Source: a virus. From it: 50,744 nucleotides of DNA. Made by a program: the position numbers and the translations under genes. The notes under the pieces are model-generated. The model was not told the DNA's origin and made no database searches. It worked only from the letters and a program-made list of their open reading frames with translations. The DNA is taken from the IMG/VR virus record IMGVR_UViG_3300002091_000004, one strand, 5' to 3'. Below are positions 7,010 through 14,459 of the stretch, piece after piece (the stretch's first letter is position 1; each line of letters begins with the position of its first letter).

Positions 7010-7520
7010 AAAGAGAATCGGGCGCAGGCGCGTGATATAAGATTCAAGCAATGTAAAGCGGGAAAGACGTTTATTCTCAATTTTTGTGGCAAGATAGAAC
7101 AAAATTCCAAGATCTTGTTTCCTGACAGTGAATTTCGCCGCCAGGGGGCCGACTCTTGTTTTTATGTATCAGGGCCTAGCTGGAAAATGTGGGCCTCTGG
7201 CGGGCCTCTTTTAGGGGTCTCCGGGCATTGCACAAAAGATAGGCGATTCGCTTGAATTCCTGGGCTGTCAAGCAAAAGATTCCAGGCTAAATTGACGATT
7301 CTTTGACGATTCCGCTTGCAATCAAAGCGATTCGGCCCCATATTCGACTTGTCACCCGGCCAATAGCAGCCGGGCCGGGGTCCAGATTGGATTCGCAAAA
7401 AACACCGAAGTACGGCATATGCGAATCAGTTGCCCAAATGTCACACTAATGAAATCTTAAGATTAATCAAAAGATATCGCTTGCCGTGATATTTTTGCAA
7501 TCCCGACTGATTCGGTCGTG

Positions 7521-7583
7521 ATAAACTATCGTTCGATAATCTATCGTTTGATAATCTATCGTTCGATAATCTATCGTTCGATA
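7521..7583. repeat. AT-rich 15-bp tandem repeat, about 4 copies
   Basis: ATAA(A/T)CTATCGTT(C/T)G x4 followed by ATATTTTTA. Confidence 0.9.
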
Positions 7584-7617
7584 TTTTTAACTGCTGATAG
7601 TTGGGCAAACTTTTGAT

Positions 7618-7721
7618 ACCCCTACGAGGGAATTGTTCATCCTTTGACCCCTACGAGGGAATTGTTCGTCCATACCCCTACAAGGGAATTGTTCGCCCAT
7701 ACCCCTACAAGGGAATTGTTC
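7618..7721. repeat. Four phased 21-bp direct repeats upstream of the first early promoter
   Basis: ACCCCTAC(G/A)AGGGAATTGTTC starting at 7618, 7647, 7674 and 7701 (spacing 29/27/27 bp); last copy ends 13 nt before the -35. Confidence 0.9.
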
Positions 7722-7734
7722 AGGTATAAAACGC

Positions 7735-7763
7735 TTGACTTAATGAAAAATCTGCTGTAAAAA
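7735..7763 (+). promoter_or_regulatory. Candidate sigma70-like early promoter
   Basis: TTGACT - 17 nt - TAAAAA, 20 nt upstream of AAGGAG and ATG 7784. Confidence 0.4.
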
Positions 7764-7783
7764 CCTAACAAAGGAGTACAAAA

Positions 7784-8491
7784 ATGAAAAAAATCTTGGT
7801 TGGAATGGAAACATCTGGAACGATACGTCAAAAATTTAGAGACGCAGGCTTTGATGCATGGTCAATAGACTTGTTACCTTCCTTAGACAACAGCCCTTAT
7901 CATGTTGTGGCAAATGTCTTTGACTTTTTAGACTCTGATAAAACTGTTTGGGACCTAGCTATTTTTCACCCATCTTGCACCTATCTTACATGTTCGGCTG
8001 AATGGGCGTATAAAGAGCCTGACTATCTTAGGTATCCTGACGTTGGATATCATCAAAGGGTAAACAAAGACACTTTAGTAGGAAGTAAAAGGTTTGCTGC
8101 AAGACTAAATGCATTTGATGATTTTGTAGAATGCTTAAATACAAGTAATTCTTATAGGATTGCTGTAGAAAATCCTATTGGAATTGTTTCTTCTTGGTTA
8201 AGAAAGCCTGACCAAATTATTCAACCATATCAGTTTGGAGAAAATGCCTCTAAAGCAACTTGTCTGTGGCTTAATAACCTACCTAAACTTGTCCCAACAA
8301 ATCGGTTTACTGGAAGGTTTGTGATAGATAAAAGTTCTGGTAAGAAAGTGGAACGTTGGTCAAATCAAACTGACTCTGGTCAAAATAAACTTTCTCCTTC
8401 TAAAGATCGTTGGGCGGAACGTAGCAAGACTTATGCTGGTATAGCAAAAGCTATGGTAGATCAATGGGGGCATATAGTAAAAAACTCTTGA
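7784..8491 (+). CDS. DNA (cytosine-5) methyltransferase-like protein
   Basis: 235 aa; GMETSGTIR (motif I-like), HPSCTYL (PC motif-like), AVENP (ENV-like), QPYQFGE..KATCLW, C-terminal RSKTYAGIAKAM. Confidence 0.6.
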   Translation: MKKILVGMETSGTIRQKFRDAGFDAWSIDLLPSLDNSPYHVVANVFDFLDSDKTVWDLAIFHPSCTYLTCSAEWAYKEPDYLRYPDVGYHQRVNKDTLVGSKRFAARLNAFDDFVECLNTSNSYRIAVENPIGIVSSWLRKPDQIIQPYQFGENASKATCLWLNNLPKLVPTNRFTGRFVIDKSSGKKVERWSNQTDSGQNKLSPSKDRWAERSKTYAGIAKAMVDQWGHIVKNS

Positions 8492-8516
8492 CAAAGCAAA
8501 GCGAATTGTTTATCAA
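8488..8516 (+). promoter_or_regulatory. sigma70-like promoter
   Basis: TTGACA - 17 nt - TATCAA. Confidence 0.45.
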
Positions 8517-8567
8517 AATGGTCTGGACAAATCGTGATGTACCCTCTTGGTTCACTCAAGAAAATCC

Positions 8568-8596
8568 TTGACTTCCTGAACGAATCAGCCTATACA
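8568..8596 (+). promoter_or_regulatory. sigma70-like promoter
   Basis: TTGACT - 17 nt - TATACA; spacer contains GAATC. Confidence 0.5.
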
Positions 8597-8640
8597 TAAT
8601 CACACAAGGCAGGACGAACCTGCAACAATGAAAGAATGAA

Positions 8641-9723
8641 ATGACCTTCGATATGACCGCTAAACCCTTCAATAAAGCCAAGTACCTTGCTCCTAACCTT
8701 GCTGATATGCTTTCCTATAAGCGTCCTCAAGGTTCTCGCTATCAAAAGAAATTCTGCCGTAGGTTCCTTGAGCCTGTGTTTGGTCAACCTGACCGTCACG
8801 GCAACTATACATTGATTATCAATAATCATAACAATACACTTCCTAATATTGCCTTCATGTCTCACCACGACACTGTTCATAAAGATGATGGGATTCAATC
8901 TCTTTTTTATCAAGGTGATGTTGTAGGTACTACTGGTAAGGATTGCTTGGGAGCAGATTGCACCACTGGCGTCTATATCATGCTCCGTATGATTGAGGCT
9001 AAAGTTCCCGGTGTCTATGTGGTTCACGCTGCTGAAGAGATTGGCTGTGTAGGGTCTAGTAACCTAGTCAAAGACGCACCTTCTTGGATTGACCATGTGA
9101 AGGCTGCTATCAGCTTTGATCGTAAGGGTTTTGATAGCATTATTACACACCAAATGTGTATGCGTACTTGCTCTGATGCTTTCGCTGACAGCTTCTCTGC
9201 TATCCTTGATATGGGCCACAAGAAAGACGATACTGGCTCTTACACGGATAGTAATGAGTATGTGGGGGTTATTGGAGAATGCACTAACCTTTCGGTGGGG
9301 TATCTCAATCAACACACTATCCGTGAAACCCAAGATCTTGCGTTTGTGGAAGACTTGATTGACCACCTGATTAATGCTGATTGGTCCTGCCTTGTCTTTA
9401 AGCGTCAAGCTGGTGATGTGGAATATGATAAAAACTACTACACCTTTGGCAAGAAAGGTTCCTCTAAAAGCACTAACTCTGGTTACGGCTGGCCTTCTCT
9501 TGACTACTATGACGACACCTACTATCAAGAAAAGACAGACTATGCCTACAAGGGAGAGCCTTCTATAAGTGAACTGCAAGACCTTGTTTCAGTAATCAAG
9601 AAGTACCCTGAGCAAATTGCGGATATCTTGGCAAGTTATGGGTACTCTGCTGATGGTCTGATTGATGATTGTGTTGACCTTCGTGACAAGTGGAATCGTA
9701 AGTATAGAAATGTGGGGGCCTAA
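8641..9723 (+). CDS. M28-family zinc peptidase-like protein with unassigned C-terminal domain
   Basis: 360 aa; HHDTVH, GADCTTG, AAEEIGCVGS and SFDRKG match the M28 metal-ligand pattern by eye. Confidence 0.55.
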   Translation: MTFDMTAKPFNKAKYLAPNLADMLSYKRPQGSRYQKKFCRRFLEPVFGQPDRHGNYTLIINNHNNTLPNIAFMSHHDTVHKDDGIQSLFYQGDVVGTTGKDCLGADCTTGVYIMLRMIEAKVPGVYVVHAAEEIGCVGSSNLVKDAPSWIDHVKAAISFDRKGFDSIITHQMCMRTCSDAFADSFSAILDMGHKKDDTGSYTDSNEYVGVIGECTNLSVGYLNQHTIRETQDLAFVEDLIDHLINADWSCLVFKRQAGDVEYDKNYYTFGKKGSSKSTNSGYGWPSLDYYDDTYYQEKTDYAYKGEPSISELQDLVSVIKKYPEQIADILASYGYSADGLIDDCVDLRDKWNRKYRNVGA

Positions 9724-10077
9724 ATGAGGATGGTGTTTGTTTTTGGAAGTAACCTTGATGGTATTCATGGTGCAGGGGCTGCAAAATATGCCCACAAAGA
9801 ACTTGGGGCACAGTGGGGAGTGGGGGAAGGGATGACAGGGGCCACTTACGCTCTCCCCACCAAAGGTCATAAACTCTCTTACATGAGTCTGGAACAGATT
9901 GATCCTTACATTAAAAACTTTCTTGATTATGCAAAAGAGAATCCCTCTTGCACTTTTGCTCTAACACCAATAGGTACGGGTTTAGCTGGTCACAGGAAGA
10001 AAAGTATTTGGGGTATTTTGGAAAAGTATGGTGTTCCTAAAAATGTTTACCTTACCTCTACTTGGGTAACAGAGTAA
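9724..10077 (+). CDS. Conserved phage protein, possible SLOG-type nucleotide-binding fold
   Basis: 117 aa; N-terminal VFVFGSNLDGIHGAGAA glycine-rich loop; assignment tentative. Confidence 0.35.
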   Translation: MRMVFVFGSNLDGIHGAGAAKYAHKELGAQWGVGEGMTGATYALPTKGHKLSYMSLEQIDPYIKNFLDYAKENPSCTFALTPIGTGLAGHRKKSIWGILEKYGVPKNVYLTSTWVTE

Positions 10078-10084
10078 AAAGTTC

Positions 10085-10113
10085 TTGACGAATCGCTGAA
10101 GACCCTCTATACA
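10085..10113 (+). promoter_or_regulatory. sigma70-like promoter
   Basis: TTGACG - 17 nt - TATACA; CTTGACGAATC shared with the promoter at 11946. Confidence 0.55.
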
Positions 10114-10145
10114 GAATACAACGAACAACGAAAGGAACTGACAAT

Positions 10146-10418
10146 ATGAATGATGTGATTGACTTCATTAACCCGCAAGATGTTTACAGCTTTGTCGAAG
10201 GTAAAGGTACTAAGATTGCCACCGTTACCTTTATCAAGGCTGATGGTACTGAGCGTATTTGTAATGGACTGTTCAAGCCTGTTAGTCATATTGTTGGTTC
10301 TGAGCGTGGATATAAGCAAGGACAAGACATGCGGGCTAAGGGAATTGTTCCTATGTACGACCTCAAGAAAGGTGCATGGATTTGCTTCTATGCAAATAAG
10401 GTGATCAATGCAAAGTAA
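10146..10418 (+). CDS. Hypothetical protein
   Basis: 90 aa ORF, co-oriented and tightly packed in the early arm. Confidence 0.55.
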   Translation: MNDVIDFINPQDVYSFVEGKGTKIATVTFIKADGTERICNGLFKPVSHIVGSERGYKQGQDMRAKGIVPMYDLKKGAWICFYANKVINAK

Positions 10419-10617
10419 GTCTGTGAAATATATAGTTACAGAATATACTAGTCCTGTTTATTATTATTATCCAAACAAACTTGTTTCATGGCATTTCACA
10501 GAAGAAGGCTTAAAAGAGTACTTGCAAAAATATGGGACTTATAATAAGGTAGTCTGGAAGATCGAATCAGTGATTATCCCTGAAGGAAATATCACCCTAA
10601 CAGAGGTACAAAAATGA
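10408..10617 (+). CDS. Hypothetical protein
   Basis: 69 aa ORF overlapping its neighbours by a few nt. Confidence 0.5.
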   Translation: MQSKSVKYIVTEYTSPVYYYYPNKLVSWHFTEEGLKEYLQKYGTYNKVVWKIESVIIPEGNITLTEVQK

Positions 10618-10904
10618 GCGTCTACGAAGAAATCATCCCCGGCCCTGACTTTGTTGTGGTTTCATTTCCACTTCATGGTAAGTATTATGAAGTTGAGGCT
10701 TATGTTACCAAACATGCCACAGGTATGCGTTACTATGAGTGGGACACAGGTGCATCAGGTTGGCAGGTTATGACTTACCCTACCTTCGCTTTTGAAGGGT
10801 TTGATGACGATGATATGGCTCTAGTGTTTGACACTAATGAACTGAAGAAACTTGAAGATGATGCTAACCAAGCATACTGGGATAAAGTAGGAGAATACGC
10901 ATGA
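10614..10904 (+). CDS. Hypothetical protein
   Basis: 96 aa ORF, ATGA overlaps at both ends. Confidence 0.55.
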   Translation: MSVYEEIIPGPDFVVVSFPLHGKYYEVEAYVTKHATGMRYYEWDTGASGWQVMTYPTFAFEGFDDDDMALVFDTNELKKLEDDANQAYWDKVGEYA

Positions 10905-11143
10905 TTGATGATGATATCCAATTCGACCCTGACTTTGACGATATTGATCAGGTGTGGCAAGACTTTTGGGAGGGTATTTTTGATGACCTTCCCGAAGAAG
11001 CTGATGAAGCTGACCTTACTGCCTTCTTTGATGGCATGATTGATTGCTATGGCTTGACTGATCAAGAAGCCATTGATATGCTGGCAAAGCATATTATCAT
11101 TCGTTCTAGTAATATCAATAAACCAAAAGGGTATCTCCACTGA
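10901..11143 (+). CDS. Hypothetical acidic protein
   Basis: 80 aa, very D/E-rich; ATGA overlap with the upstream ORF. Confidence 0.5.
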   Translation: MIDDDIQFDPDFDDIDQVWQDFWEGIFDDLPEEADEADLTAFFDGMIDCYGLTDQEAIDMLAKHIIIRSSNINKPKGYLH

Positions 11144-11151
11144 AACCCTAT

Positions 11152-11364
11152 ATGACAATGTTTGTTCCTGCCCAAGAGTATGTACATCAGTTAGAGCAAT
11201 TGATTGACATTAACTACAGGGTAGGGACACCACAAGAAGCTGAAGTCTTTCAGCATGAACTTCAATCGGTAGTAGAGTACAATGAACATACATTGAGTGC
11301 TTACTATCCAGTATATATGACCACCAACAAAACAACCACACCAAAGGAAACTACTAATGCTTAA
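11152..11364 (+). CDS. Hypothetical protein
   Basis: 70 aa ORF. Confidence 0.5.
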   Translation: MTMFVPAQEYVHQLEQLIDINYRVGTPQEAEVFQHELQSVVEYNEHTLSAYYPVYMTTNKTTTPKETTNA

Positions 11365-11605
11365 GTTTAATATTGGCGATAAAGTTACTCTTAATCCCAG
11401 TTTGGATATGAATAACTACTCTAAAGACTATCAAGAAGTGTTTAACAATATGCCTATTGGTACTGTAACCAAAGTGTACCCTCTGTTTATTATTGATGAT
11501 ATTGAACATGTTTGGCCTTACAACGTATACTTTCCGGGGTTCAGTGAAACCACTGACGACCTCTTTCCTTGCTTCTCTTGGGAGTTGGCTTATGTTGGTG
11601 TATGA
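11357..11605 (+). CDS. Hypothetical protein
   Basis: 82 aa ORF. Confidence 0.5.
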   Translation: MLKFNIGDKVTLNPSLDMNNYSKDYQEVFNNMPIGTVTKVYPLFIIDDIEHVWPYNVYFPGFSETTDDLFPCFSWELAYVGV

Positions 11606-11777
11606 TAATCACACAGAATGTGACTTTTGTGGTGATAAGGTTCCTGATAGCCTCATTGTTATGAGTGGAGCCTTTGCTATGGTACAGTCTATCACTTGTC
11701 TTGCTTGTGCCATGCTGGAAAATGACTACTTTGAAGATGATGGAGAGGATGATGATCAACCTTATCCTGAAGACTAA
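11592..11777 (+). CDS. Hypothetical small Cys-containing protein
   Basis: Internal ATG of track ORF 11493..11777 overlapping the previous stop; CDFCG..CLAC motifs, acidic tail. Confidence 0.4.
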   Translation: MLVYDNHTECDFCGDKVPDSLIVMSGAFAMVQSITCLACAMLENDYFEDDGEDDDQPYPED

Positions 11778-11889
11778 GTATACAGATGATTGGAAGGACT
11801 TCTATGAAGTAGAGGACTTCTTAGAGTATCTAGAAGAGGAAGATGAACACATCCTTGATGGGGGATATTCAGGGTGGGACAAACCCTAA
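11737..11889 (+). CDS. Hypothetical acidic protein (start uncertain)
   Basis: 3' part of track ORF 11665..11889; several candidate ATGs at 11737-11752. Confidence 0.3.
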   Translation: MMERMMINLILKTKYTDDWKDFYEVEDFLEYLEEEDEHILDGGYSGWDKP

Positions 11890-11945
11890 AGTAAGATGGA
11901 TGTTGTTCGTCAGAGTTCAAGGGGCAAATGAAAATAAATTTCCCC
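11862..11945 (-). promoter_or_regulatory. Third copy of the conserved promoter cassette, antisense to the early arm
   Basis: Same orientation and about 80 bp of similarity to 3583..3670 and 35403..35483; on minus strand TTGAAC - 17/18 nt - (A)TCTTAC. Confidence 0.4.
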
Positions 11946-11974
11946 TTGACGAATCACTGACAAGTCTGTATGTA
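11946..11974 (+). promoter_or_regulatory. sigma70-like promoter
   Basis: TTGACG - 17 nt - TATGTA, preceded by the A/T tract GAAAATAAATTT. Confidence 0.55.
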
Positions 11975-11995
11975 GACACTTGAAGAGGAAAGAAA

Positions 11996-12172
11996 ATGAT
12001 CTGTTACAAAGATATGACCTTCTGTGTGGCTAAGTGTGATAACAAAGACTGCTCTGGTATGCTTACAGACGAAGTGAGGGCTAATGCTGCTAAGTGGTGG
12101 GGTTCAGATGAAGCACCCATTGCTGTAAGTGACTTTACCTATAACTGTTTCTTTTACATACCGAGGAAGTAA
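11996..12172 (+). CDS. Hypothetical Cys-rich protein (58 aa)
   Basis: Below ORF-track cutoff; GAGGAAAG 3 nt upstream of the ATG; MICYKDMTFCVAKCDNKDCSG... Confidence 0.45.
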   Translation: MICYKDMTFCVAKCDNKDCSGMLTDEVRANAAKWWGSDEAPIAVSDFTYNCFFYIPRK

Positions 12173-12175
12173 GAC

Positions 12176-12493
12176 ATGAAGCCTATCCATATGGAACTAA
12201 TTGGCCAAAACACTGTAGTATATGATAACCACAGCATCACAGGGCGTGGAGGTAACAGTGGCATACCCTATATGGCTAGGCACCTTATTTCACTAGGATA
12301 TGACCCTATGTCTGAGGTACTTTGCTACAGGAAAGGAACTGTGTGTTTCTCATCCACTACACTTGACTTTTGGGCTAAGGTTAACTATGTAGAGACTGAT
12401 GACAAAAGCGTGAAGCGTAAGAAGTATACACCTTTCAAATGGGGGACTACAGATGATCCTGACAACAGCCGCAGCGTATTGCCTAGCACTTAA
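12176..12493 (+). CDS. Hypothetical protein
   Basis: 105 aa ORF. Confidence 0.5.
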   Translation: MKPIHMELIGQNTVVYDNHSITGRGGNSGIPYMARHLISLGYDPMSEVLCYRKGTVCFSSTTLDFWAKVNYVETDDKSVKRKKYTPFKWGTTDDPDNSRSVLPST

Positions 12494-12845
12494 TGTGTAC
12501 TTTGAGGCTAGGGACCAAGACAAAGACGGTCAGCGTATGATTGCTGAAGTCACTATGGAACGTGTCCATCGTACAGGCTTTCCTAAGACTGTTTGTGGCG
12601 TTGTTTGGGATAAAGGTGCATTTAGCTGGACAGATGACGGTAAGCCTGATAAGCCTACAGACACTAAAGCATGGCTACAGGCTCAGATGATTGCCAATGA
12701 GGTATTGCTCAACGGTTGTGAACTTTGTACTGGTGCTACCTATTACCACACCATTGCTGTTGACCCTTACTGGGATAAAGGCTATAACTACATCGGCAAG
12801 TGGGGGAATCACTTGTTCTATGCTAAAAAAGGTTGTGATGAATGA
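12453..12845 (+). CDS. SleB-type cell wall hydrolase
   Basis: ALNVYFEARDQ..GQRMIAEVTMERV..FPKTVCGVVWDKGAFSW matches the Hydrolase_2/SleB pattern. Confidence 0.7.
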   Translation: MILTTAAAYCLALNVYFEARDQDKDGQRMIAEVTMERVHRTGFPKTVCGVVWDKGAFSWTDDGKPDKPTDTKAWLQAQMIANEVLLNGCELCTGATYYHTIAVDPYWDKGYNYIGKWGNHLFYAKKGCDE

Positions 12846-14431
12846 GTGAAAATATACATCTTCCCTGTCCATTTGACAACTGTGAATCTTCTGATGCCTT
12901 TGACTACGAAGATTCTAAGAAGGTAGGGTTTTGCAGAAGCTGTGGACAATCCTATCCACATAAAAATATGAGGCTTAAAGATTGGGCTAAAGATGCCTAT
13001 CCCCTTAAGGGGTTTGTTCAGAAAGAGGAAGAAGTGAATACAAGCTATGCTGTAATAGAAAATAAAGACGGAGAGTACCTAGAACATCGTGGAATTCTCC
13101 CTAGGGCTATGGAATTCTATAAGTGCTTGACTTACAGTGACTCTAATGATAATCCAATTAAGCATGTTTACGTATACCCTGACGGTGGAAATAAGACCCG
13201 AGTATTCCCGAAAGAGTTTTATGTAGGCAAGTTTAAGAGTGATCAACTTTTTGGTATGAACCTCTTTCCTGCTGGTTCTGCTGAAGCTGTGACTATCACT
13301 GAAGGTGAACTTGACGCTATGTCAGCCTTTCAGATGCTTGGTTCTAAGTATCCGGTTGTCTCTTTGCCCTCTGCTACCCCTTCTAAGAAACTCCTTGAGA
13401 ATTGTAAGGATTGGCTTGGCTCATTCAAGAAGATTTATCTTTCTCTTGATGCAGATGACAAAGCTGATAAGTTTGCCACAAGCCTAATGCACTTGTTTCC
13501 GGGACGTGTCTATAAAGTCCCTCACGATAAGTTTAAGGATGCTAATGAGTTTCTTCAAGCTGGTTGTGGTGAACAGTACCGTAAAGCGTGGTGGTCCTCA
13601 GGTCTTTACACTCCTGAGAATATCTATGCCACAGAAGAAAAGTTCCTAGAACTTCTTCACGATACTCCTGACCATAGTTTTGTTCCTACTGGTATTGAAG
13701 CACTAGACGAGAAAATCCTTGGTCTTATGCAAGGACACTTCACTGTTATTAAAGCCCCTACAGGCATTGGTAAGTCTGAGTTTATGCGATACTTGGAATA
13801 CAACTTTATCAAGAACCATCCTACTGTACGTTTTGCTACTTGGCACCTTGAAGAGACTAAGTTGCGTTCTCTGCTTGGTGTGGTTTCCTACTATCTCAAA
13901 GACGATCTTACTCGAAAGGACTTGATCACTAAGAAGGGTCGTATGGCTGACGTAGAGGCTGCTATCAAGCATATCACTCACAATACAGGGTATATGCAGT
14001 TCCACATTGATGACGCTGATGCAGAGGCTCTGGTAGAGCAGATCAGGGTGCTTACTCAAGTTTATGGGTGTCAGTATATCTTCTTTGAACCTATCCAAGA
14101 TGTGGTGACAATCTCTAATGACGATAGTAAAGAAGCATTGCTTGCTGACTTGTCTGTTCGACTGTCTAAACTTGCTGCTGACCTTAATGTAGGCATTGTT
14201 ACTATTGCTCACACTAACGAGAATGGTGATCCTAAATACTGTAAGATGATTGCTCAACGGGCTTCAGTCATTATCGACCTTGATCGTGATAAGGAAGCTG
14301 ATAATATGCTTGACAGGAACACTACAAAGCTGGTAGTTAAGAAGAATAGACCTTGCGGACTTGAAGGTAATTCAGGTGAGTTGGTCTTTGATGGTGACAC
14401 GTTCACCCTTAGTGAAAAAGGCAGTTGGTAA
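12842..14431 (+). CDS. Bifunctional DNA primase-helicase (T7 gp4-like)
   Basis: 529 aa; N-terminal CPFDNC..CRSCG zinc finger, TOPRIM ITEGELDAMS / SLDADDKADK, DnaB-type Walker A KAPTGIGKSE. Confidence 0.9.
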   Translation: MSENIHLPCPFDNCESSDAFDYEDSKKVGFCRSCGQSYPHKNMRLKDWAKDAYPLKGFVQKEEEVNTSYAVIENKDGEYLEHRGILPRAMEFYKCLTYSDSNDNPIKHVYVYPDGGNKTRVFPKEFYVGKFKSDQLFGMNLFPAGSAEAVTITEGELDAMSAFQMLGSKYPVVSLPSATPSKKLLENCKDWLGSFKKIYLSLDADDKADKFATSLMHLFPGRVYKVPHDKFKDANEFLQAGCGEQYRKAWWSSGLYTPENIYATEEKFLELLHDTPDHSFVPTGIEALDEKILGLMQGHFTVIKAPTGIGKSEFMRYLEYNFIKNHPTVRFATWHLEETKLRSLLGVVSYYLKDDLTRKDLITKKGRMADVEAAIKHITHNTGYMQFHIDDADAEALVEQIRVLTQVYGCQYIFFEPIQDVVTISNDDSKEALLADLSVRLSKLAADLNVGIVTIAHTNENGDPKYCKMIAQRASVIIDLDRDKEADNMLDRNTTKLVVKKNRPCGLEGNSGELVFDGDTFTLSEKGSW

Positions 14432-14459
14432 AACCAACAAAGAAAGGTAGTTGAAAATA

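Noticed and set aside
6877-7110. Track ORF (77 aa) with repeated HARSRSSLPC units
   Set aside because: It is only the translation of the perfect 30-bp tandem DNA repeat, with no independent coding signal. It is treated as a non-coding repeat.
6881-7721. Possible CRISPR array (regular direct repeats)
   Set aside because: The 30-bp units are contiguous with no spacers. The 21-bp units are separated by only 6-8 bp. No cas genes or leader are present, so this is not CRISPR.
3420-7783. Lysogeny module (integrase, repressor, attP) in the inter-arm region
   Set aside because: No ORF with integrase, recombinase or helix-turn-helix repressor motifs was recognised. The repeats are tandem or phased rather than arm-type/core-type att organisation. 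This cannot be excluded without profile searches.
8590-9579. Minus-strand ORFs 8590..9027, 9024..9221 and 9064..9579
   Set aside because: They are antisense to the M28-like gene within a uniformly plus-strand arm. There are no motifs or coupling signals.
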